From Blasia pusilla (Eukaryota): 64,000 bases of DNA. Below, piece by piece: positions 39,815-51,699 of the stretch. A program made the translations under genes and the position numbers. The DNA is taken from positions 15,252,001-15,316,000 of the forward strand of contig CM114271.1 in assembly GCA_050084515.1 (NCBI GenBank), in the 5' to 3' direction. The notes beneath the pieces were generated by a model. It did no database searches, was not told the DNA's origin, and worked only from the letters and a program-made list of their open reading frames with translations. Numbering within the stretch: position 1 is the stretch's first letter; each line of letters begins with the position of its first letter.

Positions 39815-41755
39815 TTGAAGAAAGTGGAGGCACCGTTAAATTGAAAGTGGTGAAAGAAGCTTGAGGAGTAGAGGAGACGCATTATTCCCCGAAGTTGTGG
39901 CATTTATAGTGAGGTTCATGCATTTTTGCCCTTTGGAGATGATTTGAGAAATTGGAGGTGCACGTGAAATCAGTTGTAGGTTGCTCAAGACCACTTGGAG
40001 GCTGTTGTAGCAATTGCAGAAAAATTTGGAGGATCTACAGGTGCGTTATTTAATTGTTTCTTTCTCAACTTAGGAAATTGCGTGTTTTGTTGGATCATTT
40101 CAATTTTCCTGCCCCATTTATTCACTAAGATTGTGGCACCAGACTCTGAATGCACTTTTGCTACAATCAAAAAACTAAATCCTTATAGTGGACTTTAAAC
40201 TCTTCCCATCGCAAGTACTCGAGTACGCTAGTGTTAATCGACCATGATCGCAAGAGCCTCTCATTGTTTTAAAGAGCAATTTTGTGTTCGAAATTAGCTG
40301 TCGCACAATCAATACAAATCTATTTCAATACCGCTTGTTGTAAATGAATCACTTATCTGAAAAAGTTGCATATATGAACATACCTCATGGTTCTGCAGAT
40401 TGCGGGCTACGGGTCCAAGGCACGACATGAGGGGTATATCTCTGTCATGGAACCCAATGTATGATGATTGGTAGTACTATTCAAACTCCTTTGTAATTGC
40501 AACTTCCTAATATCACTCTCTTGGAAATTTTGTCTCCTTGCAAGATTGAGTAATGTATTTTATCTTACAACCCTATCAATAGTAGACAATAGAGGAATTG
40601 TGGAATCACTTGGTAAGGTGCAACTTTGTGGAGGCAACACAACTCCACTGAGAGTGGAAGACACGGGATCTACTCTTGACCTTACTTCATCCCCAACATG
40701 GGGAAGAGTTATAGAATTATCTATGATTTCATGTTCACCTTGATTAGGAAAAGTGGTAGGTAAGTCAACTCGTGGTGATGCATGAGTAGTGGGCCTGATT
40801 GTGGATGCATTCTTAATAGCTTCATGGAGTGCACTGTTAGGTAATTCGACTCTTGGCGACTTATCAATGTGCTCTATATGAGCTCCTTCAATTTCTCCCA
40901 CTATTACTCCATCCTCTCGCCTTGGTGATATATAAATGTCCTCTATGTGAGCTCCTTGATTTTCTCCCAATATTACTCCATCCTCATTGGAAGGCCTGAA
41001 AAAATAAAGAATAGGTCAACATACAAATCAAATATGAACATTTAATGGGTTTAACACACAACTCTAATTACATGAAATTAGATATATATACCTTATGAGT
41101 CAGCAGTCGAAATGTCCATATTTGGAATATTCTCAACAACCAAAGCAGACTCAACTTCAACATGAAGCGCTTTTCTTCTTTTTCTATACTCTCAATAGTA
41201 TGTTCTATTTTTCTCTTTGAGACCTTCCATTTTATCAACGCGAAAAACACGTTTTTGTTTTTTGGCTTCGCAGAGAGGAACTTTTCGGAAATCACATTTA
41301 TCGATAGGATTTAAGGGAATAGGAAGTCTGGAGCAACACATCCATATTACAAAGAAAGAAAATGAAATTTTAAGTTAGAATTATATAGGGCAGAAATATA
41401 TTAGATTTGCATAATGTTCGTCAATGAAGTGAACTCACGTTGAAGATGTTTCGAGGGCGAGTTATTGTGCACATGTACATCACTGTCACCAAACACACAC
41501 ACAAACACGCACGATCCCATGCTAACTCATGGCATCCAAACAACGAGACAAGAAGTACCAAAATATCTCCAATTGCCCCCTAGGTGGTGGTTAGGTCCCT
41601 CTAACTCCAGATAGCCATCTATCCCTACCTACCATGACATACATCTCTCGGACGCTAAGAGCAAGAAGGCCGGGTGCTCATGTGGCCCCATCGTTAGTCG
41701 CCTTCTTGTCATCCATATCAGAGACACAAGTCGGAATGTAGAACTACCGACTCTA

Positions 41756-41893
41756 TGTACATCTGGGACACATCCATCGTCCCTAAGGAACCCTAGTGAG
41801 AGGTGGCGTCAAACATGCCATATGCCATCCTCTCGAACACGCATCACAGACTAGCATAGTGGATGCACCATCGATGGAACCACACAACATACA
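41756..41893 (-). pseudogene. PHD finger at the integrase C-terminus
   Basis: CMLCGSIDGASTMLVCDACSRGWHMACLTPPLTRVP*GRWMCPRC has the C4HC3 spacing, interrupted by one in-frame TAG. Confidence 0.9.
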
Positions 41894-42099
41894 CCGCAAG
41901 CCTATAGGAATTATTGCTAAGCTCGGATCAACTGTACCGTCAATTTTCGGAAGATGATATGGCGCACAGTTACGCACATGGTCCTTCCAAACCATACCAT
42001 CGCATTCCTCCAATAAGAGAACATCGGATGGCAAAACCTCACGCACTCTCAAGATGGTGTGCCTTATAGTCACATCCAACATCGTGGGTGCCGTCTGCT

Positions 42100-42785
42100 G
42101 CAAGTAGGCATAGTCTCCTTGATGAAACCTCCGGATAGTAGATCAATAATCACCTCCCCGAATAGTCGCATACCTCAACGTATCCTGATGTTGCGCAATC
42201 GCCAAGTTTTCAAACGCCATGGACATCACTCTCTGAAACAACTCATCCCTCTCAGAATATGCTCGCATCCATATATCAGGGTCATCAAGGTTCAACACCT
42301 CACCAACATCTCGACGAATGGCCGTAGGTAAATCTGGCTCTTGGCCATACAAAAGCAAGTACGGTGAGAAAGACGCTAAGGATGCCTGCCTGCTGAATCG
42401 GTATCCCATGGCCAACCACGGCAACTAGAGGTCCCAATCTCCTAGGTGACCTCTTTGCAAGCCATACTTGCGTAGTCCTCTCTTCACCATCTGCACAACC
42501 CGCTCCGCTAGTCCATCCGCCTCAGGATGATCTCTCGAAGTAGTGCGGTGGTCGATCACTGCCTGCTCACACAAGGCCTCAAACTCCCCGCGGACCTCTG
42601 TACCCTGATCTGTCAACACCTCAACTCGTGCGCGGTAATGACTCAACACTCGATCTAGGAAGGCATACGCTACTCCCTCACTTGCTTTGTCCGGAAATGC
42701 AACCAACTCTATTTGCTTTGAGAAGTGCTCGACCATCACCAACACATGACGACTATGGCGCTTCGTCAAAGGCAAAGGTCTTGCA
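42100..42785 (-). pseudogene. Retroviral-type (rve) integrase core and C-terminal region
   Basis: PLPLTKRHSRHVLVMVEHFSK..VLTDQGTE..IDHRTTSRDHPEADGLAERVVQMVKRGL..WDL*LPWLAMGYR..SFSPYLLLYGQEP. Confidence 0.9.
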
Positions 42786-42789
42786 AAAG

Positions 42790-43700
42790 CGGCTTTGCAA
42801 TCAAGCTAAAACCCTTGACATACTGTCGATAGAAGTTTGCCAATCCCATGAATGCACGAACTCGACTCACATCCATAGGGCGTGAAATGCATGAAATAGC
42901 CTCTATCTTCGTCTATTGCACACGAAGGCCCCTTGGGTACATCATATGACCCAGGTACTCAATCTGGTCGTAGAAGAACTTGCACTTGCCTAGATATAGC
43001 TTCAGCCCATGTAATTGCAATCGTCAAAAGACCTCCTCTAGATGTCCTTCATGCTTCTCAACCGTAGTGCTAAAGACTATGATGTCATCAATATAACACC
43101 TAGCAAAATCCAGACTTGCCAAGATCCTATCCATAACCCTTTGAAACTCAGTCGGGGCATTCTTTAACCCAACTGGTAAGAATCTCCACTAGTACAAGCA
43201 ATCCTTCCCGTGAGGATCAATGCCCCAAAATGCCGTCTTTTTCCTGTCCTCCAATCTGATAGGCAATTGATGGTATCTGGCTCGAAGATCCAATGAAATG
43301 AAGACCTTTGCATGCCCAATCGCATCAAAGATCTCCTCAAGGGTGGGCATGACATACCTATCGGACTTTGTCTACTGATTGATGGGTTGGTAATCTCCAC
43401 ACATCCGCTTATTCGTCTAGTTGCCATGCACATCCTTCTTGGCGGGCATGATAGTGGCAGATGCATACTCTCCATGCGACATCTCCACTAGTCTTGCTCC
43501 TACTCTGAATCAAAGCCCTCTCCATGTCAGTGTACCTGTAGGGTCGTCGAAAGATCGGCGTGTCACTTGACAACTCAATGCAGATCCTTGGACCCTTCAG
43601 CGTACCCAAATCATGCATACTAAATGCAAAACAACTCCTATAACTCCTAAGGAACTGGAGTATCCGACGCTGCTCTCCTCCTGTCAACTTAGGACCCATA
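42790..43700 (-). pseudogene. Ty3/gypsy reverse transcriptase
   Basis: PIFRRPYRY, RMCGDYQPIN, RYVMPTLEEIFD, SLDLRARYHQLPI, KTAFWG, LPVGLKNAPTEFQRVMD, CYIDDIIVFS (YIDD at 43084-43095), KCKFF..IEYLGH and VRAFMGLANFYRQYVKGFSLIAKPL. Confidence 0.93.
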
Positions 43701-44019
43701 TTTGGCTCCCAAGTCTCCATCGTGACTATGGTAGGACTCTCGTGGTTGCTATGGTGCAACCCCGTCTCAAACAATAGAACTCTTATCTCCATGTGTAGTA
43801 CCCAGAACCACACTCAATGCTGTGGCTACCATCTCCTGGCGTACTTGCAAAACATCCCAAGAAGTCCAAGGGTATCTCTCCCGATCATCCCTGGTGTGTC
43901 GATCTCCTCGAGTCTCGCCCCCAGCCATTGCCTCAACCATCTTGGTAGGCATGGGGCTCACCAACGCAAGAGCTGTGATCTGTCACATCCTCAAACGACG
44001 TTGCTCAGCTGCTCCTAAG

Positions 44020-44970
44020 CTAAAAATCCATGTCAAGCAGTTCAGGTCCATCGCCTAACCCAAGATATGACGTCGTAATGCCTCCGATAGTGATGGTACT
44101 ACCGTCACTCCTGTGGGGAATCCTATCGCTCCCTCTCACTCATCGGCGTTGGGCTCCACCAACTAGTGTACTTGGTCATCCCAAACCAAGTCAGGTCCGG
44201 CCTCCTTGAATGCATAGGAAGCGGAAAAACTCACCAATATGGGAAAGGTTGCCCGTGGCGTGCCAATCTTGTTGACCACAGTCAATGTCGGTCGATCATC
44301 TAGCCTCACTGCCTGTGATCGATGGCCCGGATCCAATATAGAATCCACCAACAAATCGGAGGGACGATCCACTCTCGCATAAGCCCTCCGCAACACCTCA
44401 TGTGGTACCAAGTTGGTCCACCAAAGATGCGGGCGATGTGCTCTAGAACCTGCACTCGCCGTATCTAACAATATTGCGGGGCTGATCCATGCGCACACGT
44501 GATGTGCACTCGTCACCACGCGGGACCTCGAATCGCCCAAAATCGGCACATTCTCCAAAATGTACGTTGGAGAACGAGGCTGATGCTCTTGTAAATGTCA
44601 CAAGATCCGCATCATCTCCCAAAATAACCTGGACCGAGTGTCAACTTACCCGCTATCTCGTCCAGCACTCAATTGGCCCTGACACGGCCAACCAGCAATG
44701 ACCATGTCTCTATGGTCCCTACCCGCTCCAAGTCCTGCGCCCCCAACAATGAAATGTCCCTCGGTAGGGAACTCTGGTATCCCTAAATGGCAGACGCTAA
44801 CAACAAGTTGGGAAAACGGAGGCGTAACAGCGCCACATGGTGAAGTAAAGCGCGCCTCGCAAAATCATCAATCTCCACATACAGGTACCGCTGCACGCGG
44901 ACTCCAGTGTGCAAAACAACAGCTAACCCAGTGTTGATCCCTCCAAAGAGATCCAACACCAGAATAACCT
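44020..44970 (-). pseudogene. DNMT3-like C5-cytosine DNA methyltransferase domain embedded in the retroelement polyprotein
   Basis: Motifs occur in canonical order: I VLDLFGGINTGL, II YLYVEID, III RDISLL, IV DMVIAGWPCQG (PCQ at 44679-44687), RSRLFWEMMRIL, VI YILENV, VIII RAHRPHLWWTNL, IX EPNADE*EGAIGFPTGVT and X RRHILG*AMD. Confidence 0.9.
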
Positions 44971-45379
44971 CCTTTGGGATGCACCACACAATTGGGGTGG
45001 TGTCCAAAGAGGTCATAGCAGCACTCCTACCTACCTGGGGTTCCTCTGACCCGTCAGGCTATGGTGCAAACGTCTTGCTCCACGCGGTCTGCACATGCTT
45101 GATGGCTAAGCGTTGAAGCTCCTCAGTCGAGCCCCAAAGCGGCACCTCTCCTCCACGGACTTATGCGGTTACCATGACACTCCTCTCCATAGAAATGTCA
45201 GGAACGGGAGTATCCTCTACATGGACATGTCCCTCAATCAAATCACTACGCCAAGTGATGGCACTACTAAATGTTGCTAAGGTCGCCATCTCTCTTGGCT
45301 GTCGCTCGATCACTGCACTTGTGAATCGAACGGGTAATGACCTAAGGCGCCCATCACCTCACTGCCATCCTGGTCTGTG

Positions 45380-45700
45380 GAACGCTGACTCCTCCTAGTA
45401 ATCCAGGGAAAATCCCATGAGGTATAACACTGCTCCACCAACCAAGATGTTGTAGGACTCTGCATCAATCACTATCGCCTTGCTCGCACCACGGACTCAT
45501 CTGTAGGATGTTCTGGGCGAATCCTCACCACGACCTTCTGTCAGGTGATATATTGTGTGGTACTTGCTCCATCCAAGGATTTCTGTATCCAGAATGGACA
45601 ATGCTCCACATCGGCTCTCGTCAAGTCCAATCCTCTGAATGACGCTTTCCCCAACATATAGAGTTGCGCTCTTGAATCCAACAAGACGTGTTGCGGACTA
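45380..45700 (-). pseudogene. Aspartic protease (retropepsin)
   Basis: HVLLDSRAQLYMLG is a decayed LLDSGA motif (Asp codon at 45676-45678). A downstream YNILVGG-like motif lies near 45440-45460. Confidence 0.7.
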
Positions 45701-46199
45701 AAAGCTCTACCTCCGGGACTCACCAACTCGAAGACCTCTCCATGGTTATCCAACAACACAACACTAGTAGAAGCCATGGCATGCTCTATCGCGGGTCTAA
45801 CGGGCATCTCCGCCATCCTAGCAGCTGCAACCTGCCATGAATTTGATGTGGATGGCCCGAGCATCCGCTCCAAGGGCAGGTCCATCACCTCCTCTGCAAT
45901 CACCTCTGAATGTGTTGCAGGAACTCCAACTCCACGCTCACATAGCGTAGCGGCCAGCCAAAAAACCTCGACGGGCGTACCTCCCAACGTCATAACATCG
46001 GAAGCGAAAAATAAAAGAGAGCGGTACACAACGGTAGCCGCCCCCAACAATGTGCTTGACACATGCCCCTCGAGAGCATCAACAATAGGAGTCGTTGTAC
46101 TCGCTTCTCCCATCGCCCTCCGTGCCTGCACACCAACAACATCACCAACTCTCCAGGAACTCTAATCAAGACCCATCGATGGGGTCTTCATTGCCTTGG

Positions 46200-47950
46200 A
46201 CAACGTGAAAGATTGAGGAAGACTAGTCTATTTCATGGCTTTCCCTCGCTGTGGATCCACCTGTGCGGCTACTCCATGCATCATAATTGCGATGGCCTCC
46301 ATCTGGGCAACCCCGCACATCCAATCGGGATCTTCCTTATCTCTGACTGCTCCATATGATGTCGATGCCACGGATCCGGCATCGGGTAACCTCAAGGCCA
46401 GAGCGACAATATGCTCTTGTAGCTGATTTATCTTAGCAGCCATCCCAGCCTCACGCCCGACGTCTCCCTCGACGTGTCTAGGTGATGGGACTCTACCTCC
46501 TCCACGGGCAGCTCCACCACCTTGTCCGACAACTCCATCTCCTCGTCCCCCAACAAGACCACCTAGTACACCATCTCTAGGCCCACCGGACCAGCTACTC
46601 GCTCTAGTGTCCTCTCTGGCCCTCGGTCCGGACGTAACTCAGGGTGTAAACTGAAACATATGGCGCGTGTATAACCATACCTCTGACAATAGTCACACTC
46701 ATAACCTCTTGTTGTTGCACCATCTCTCCTCCATGCTGAGACACACGTCCATGACCCTAACGAGTGCAATCACGCTGATGATGGGCTCCACCACATGACC
46801 AACAAGTAATCATAGACGACTGCTGCTGAGCGGCATATGAAGGCGTAGGTCTCTGTGGCATAGCCTCTTGGTATCCTCCTAGAGCTCGTGGTGCCAAAGT
46901 CAACCTATCTCGGAGTCCACTTTGTTGCACTAGTGGTGTAGACAATCGTGACTGCTCTCACCCAAAACCTATGGTGGCTACGCTCTCCTTCACCATGTTG
47001 CACTCAATATTCTCGGCTGTCCTAAAAACATCTCTCAATATAGAGGAGGTGTTCATAAGAAGCATCCCCTCCCGCACCCGTGTCCATAGGGTCCGGTCCA
47101 GCATCGCGTACCATGACTGGATACCCTGAGCCTCTATCACCTATGAGTGACGTTGATCAATCGGCGCAGGCGAGTGTAAGCCTCACGTAAACTCTCACCC
47201 GAGCACCTCTGGAAGTCATGGATGCTCTGCAACTTCTCCGTCCGTACCCCTTGGTAGCTCGCCCCCAACTCAACGAAAAACTCAACCACGGGGTTAAACT
47301 TGGGACGAACCCGACTAGACGGTGCAACTGCTCCAGTGCAACCTCCTAAAACATCACTAGTGGAAGAGGAAGTAGCCTCTCTTGACTCCTCCTCCTCATC
47401 TGGGAACGGCTCCGTCCATGACACATAGTCTGGGTCATAGTAGAGTCGCCATGCCTCAATCTCTTGGGCATGTCTGTGGGAGAACTCATGGGCACCTCCT
47501 CATGTTTAGAGGGGGTGCCCGTCCATGGGCACCCCCTCTAAATGCTAGAACATACCATTGCATGTTGTAAACGGGTTGAACCCTCTAGAGTTCCTAGCCC
47601 GCTGTGAGTCACACCAACTCCTAAACTCCGCAATGAAGTCGTGTAGCTCTATAGTGCCTACAACACGTGAAAACCTACGCGGTCCTCTATCTCGGTCGTC
47701 CATCTTGTACGCCCAACTAGTAGGACCACTCAATGTGTACGGTGGATCACTAACACACTCCTCTACACGTTTCCCCTCGTCTGAAGATAACATAGAAGGA
47801 GATCGAGGTGGTCTCTCACGTGGAGGCCCTCAAAACCTCGCACCACTCCGGGTAAACCCTCCAAAGCTACTCTCAGGTCCACTACCTTGCCTCGAAAGGA
47901 TGCCGTGATGACCCTTGTGCCCCTCTCTCGCAGTCACTCTCAACCTTGCG
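46200..47950 (-). pseudogene. gag-like region with two zinc knuckles
   Basis: RFSRVVGTIELHDFIAEFRSWC and FQRCSGESLREAYTRLRRL; one intact knuckle CWSCGGAHHQRDC (CX2CX4HX4C) and one degenerate knuckle CDYCQRYGYTRAIC. Confidence 0.75.
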
Positions 47951-50900
47951 TGTAATCACTCGATCATTCAATCTAACATATGGCACTCAATCCACACTCT
48001 CTCACTGAGACGTGTACTGTGCGGCAACAAGCGGCGTGGTGTGGCAATCGGCTACTGTCCTATCATCTCATCGATAAGACACACCCTCAACTATGGACAT
48101 CCCACACACGTCTATGTCCCCTAAACCCATACATCAATGATGCTTTAAGCATATGCACGAAACCCAATGTCCCCAATTAAGTGCCCAATACCCGTAATTC
48201 CCTCATACGTATAGGGTAAGAGACCACAATGGGTAACCTGATAATAATGTCAATGCCGCTCCTCGACAACTACAATCTCAACCCAAACTCGGTCATGAAG
48301 ACAACTCCTCCAATCAGCAAGTCGTACTCTTCTTGTACTGACACTGCTCGAACCTTCTCGATGTGCGGTGCAGATCCAACAGTCCGGTGCGGCACTGGCG
48401 GCACGGAACGGCTACAAACGGCACGACACTCAAGAATGAGATGCGGCACTCGACGGCATACCCTCCTCAATCAAAAATTCACACGCTCTGCTCCTTAGTG
48501 AAGGAGCGGCTCCGCGATTGAGACGATGCGGTGCGGCCATGAGCGGCACCGCGCAGCAATCAGCGGCGAGTTGTGGCTACGGGCGTCACGGCACGGTACT
48601 CAATTATCATCAAGCGGCTACCAATCACAACATAGCAGGATGAAATGAAAACTCAAACACCATAACCCGATGTCACCTGCCATCACTGGTTGATGACAAA
48701 AATGCGATGACGGTGATGAACAAACCAAAGTACGTGGTGGCGGCACAAGTCAGAGAATCAACAGTGGTCGTGGAAGACCCTCCACTCCGTAATGGCGGTA
48801 ATGGCAACCAAGGGTGGACAACGGCCAAACACGGCTCTAAGCATCGCTCGGCGGCGGTGGCGGACAATGGATGGTGGACAGTGGACCATTGATGGTGACG
48901 GTTGACCATCGATGATGACGGTTGACCATTGTTGGTGACTATGACCGCAACAGCCGCCGCCGCTGCGGCGGATGGTTTAGGGTTGAATAATTTAACCTTA
49001 AAAATTGCCTAGCAATTGAAAATTTTCAAGATTGATCATAACTTTTTGCTTGCAACTTCAAATTGTGCACCGTTTGTTGCACAACATGCACAACTTCACG
49101 ATCTATGACAGTGTCAAAAAATATTTTGAATCGGACATTCTAGTAAATACTGACGGGGATTGTCGTAAAGCCCAATGTCTCTTTCTCCTACACAAAATTC
49201 GGCAGCGCTTCCGCGCTAATTTCTTCCAACGAAAATATAAAACCTGTGAGAACAAAAATCAGCAAGCTACATGGTGCTCCCAAGAGCACCGGCATGGAGC
49301 AATCCGCCCCCATACTCAATTGCTATCGAAAATTGGGCAGCGCTTCCGCGTGCCATTTTCCTGTCCAGAAAACTAGCAAAGCAAAACAGCAAACTCGCAT
49401 GGCTCTTGCTCCGGTGAGCACTCCCATGAGCCATGAAGCCAGGAACATGGTCTCCCAACCTGCAGCAAACTTCGAGCAACCAGCGAGCTCTCCCATGAAG
49501 CTCTCTCACTCACACATTCTCTCTTTGTAAAATAAAGATCCAATCTCTCTCACAACACGATAGTTCTCACATGTGTGCACTCTCACATGTCTCCCTCAAT
49601 GTCAAACCAAACCCATTCTCCTAATGAGAGGCTTGGGTTACACTCACAAGGCAAGGGACCATAGTTCCGCCGCCTCATGCCAAGAGGTTCAACAAAGAGA
49701 GAATGAGCTCTCAAACTCTCTCTCCTTGAGGTATACCCCTCCCATCTCCCAAACTCTCTCCATCGTAACCTATGTTCTCAAGTCACCTCCTTGGCTCTTG
49801 ACCTGATGTAGGAGGTCAAGGGCCACTTACCAAAAATATAAAGTTGATCATTTACTCAAAATGGTACTTACCTAAAATAGTAAGTTCCTCAATATGGCTG
49901 TAAATGAGCCGAAACAAAGGGGAAACCTGCTCTCTCAGGTTTCCTAGGGCCTCAGTAGGTCATCCTTGACCTACTGAGCCTGTCCTCCACTACTCACAAC
50001 GGCGCTCTACTAGATCTCACTGATCAATCCTAAAAGACATGACAAGTTCCCTTCGATTTCCTCGTATATGGTCACATCCCATGACTAAACTCCATCTTTC
50101 CTGGTATAATTATTCACTCCTTCAAGCATACCTCAAATCTTTATAATGACAAGCAATAGGAAGTCACTAGCACGTCTAAGAAGCATAGTTTGAGTTTTGC
50201 ATTTAAACCCGGTGCACATTTTTAAGCGAGCAAAATCTCTATGCCGCAATTTAGAAAGAAATGACAGATATCAACTCACATAGCCATCAACACATACGAC
50301 AACGCATACCATAAGGAAATGTCTTCATTTTGCATGAATAGGAAGAGCAAACCGTACAAACAACTCGAAAGAAATGAAGACTAGACCTAGAGCTTAGTCA
50401 CATAAGTCTAGTTATATTGTGTGATAAGTTCAACCAAATTAATGAGAGATTCATTTCATTGAGGTTAACGAATGTTTGCTCTCCAATCTTCACAACATAC
50501 AACCACATGATGAAGTTCTTTTCGATGCATATGTTGATTTCAGAGCTCATTCAATAAATGATAACGAATCGTGAGAGGACTCACTTGAGCAAAGTTTCTT
50601 GACTAGTGGCCTTGCAAGGTCAATAGTCACTCTTAGACACGTTTGGGTATAGGAGATTAAAATTTTGATATTTTCCTAAGGCATAACTTACATTGTTATG
50701 CTTAAAACACACATGCTTAAGAGAGATTTTTTCATGAAGTAAGAGTCAGTTTTAGAGCCAATAATTTATTTCACGAAAAAGGCTTCATTCAATACTTTAT
50801 CGTAGTGACACTAGCAAAGCGTAGCCTCGCCTTTGCAAAATTTATAGTATGATTTGCTTACGTGGCACTCCTTGTTTCTACAAGCTTATATGGTATGTAC

Positions 50901-51699
50901 ATCTGCATTAGGTGTGAGTTATCCTACTAGTTGTTTTTATAATAGACTTCATTTCAATTATGATACCAATGACATACACCTTTTTTTGTGTGTTATACTC
51001 TCAAATGGTTCCATTTGCTTTTCAAGGAATCATGTTTCAAGTATTTCCTTCTTTTCAATGTGTCATTGCTCTATTGTCAAATGTTATCATGCTCATAAGA
51101 AATATACACTCTACTTGTTTCTCGTTAATTCTGCATCTATGTATTGTGTTACGGAGATCTCAGTCTTTGCTTTCCATTCAATCTCATTTGGATCAAGGTG
51201 AAACACATGGTATTGTATTTAGTAATTATCTTACATTTTCTTCTAAATGTATGTTTATTTCTCTTTAATTAGTACATGCATCACGAAGAATGTAATGGTT
51301 GTGATCATGTTAATGAGTATGGGAGTAACTTTCAAGCGCAAGAGAAGTGTACTAACCTTGTTTGTTCCATTGGCAATGCTTTCTTCATAATACATAACCC
51401 TTCACTCTATTCTGGTATGTGTAACTGAATAAATGGATAGAACAATCTTAGCAACCTTATGTTGAAGTCATGGAAATACCTTCTAAACATTATGGCTACA
51501 AACATCTACCATTTGTTGTTCAATGGTAACTGAGTTTTGAGGTCCACACTTCAACAATAAAGACATGAGTGGTCTTCAACATATTGCCCTCAATATCCTA
51601 AACATAGTGAAAGTGTCAAATTTACCATCGGTTGGCCTCTTTTGACGCTTCTATCTTGATGACATTTGGTCAACTTCTTGGCCCAAATACGTTTGAGGG

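Larger units (their letters stand above)
41484..50044 (-). mobile_element. Ty3/gypsy-type retroelement: gag-PR-DNMT3-like methyltransferase-RT-(RNase H deleted)-INT-PHD; degenerate, no LTR pair
   Basis: The RT-before-INT order and the RT motifs are gypsy-type. The termini read TGTCA...TGACA and are defined by homology with 21492-22099. There are many stops and frameshifts. Confidence 0.9.

Noticed and set aside
44020-44970. Host DRM or DNMT3 gene
   Set aside because: It is intronless, collinear with gag-PR-RT-INT on the same strand, and has linear rather than DRM-permuted motif order, so it is interpreted as element-borne.
48220-48260. Primer-binding site after a putative 5' LTR end (TGACA-TTATTATCAGG on the minus strand)
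   Set aside because: It only weakly resembles TGGTATCAGAGC, and no matching 3' LTR exists to validate the boundary.
50811-50840. Minus-strand Helitron 3' end (hairpin plus CTAG)
   Set aside because: The hairpin overlaps the CTAG instead of lying about 10 nt upstream, and no linked Helitron coding sequence was identified.
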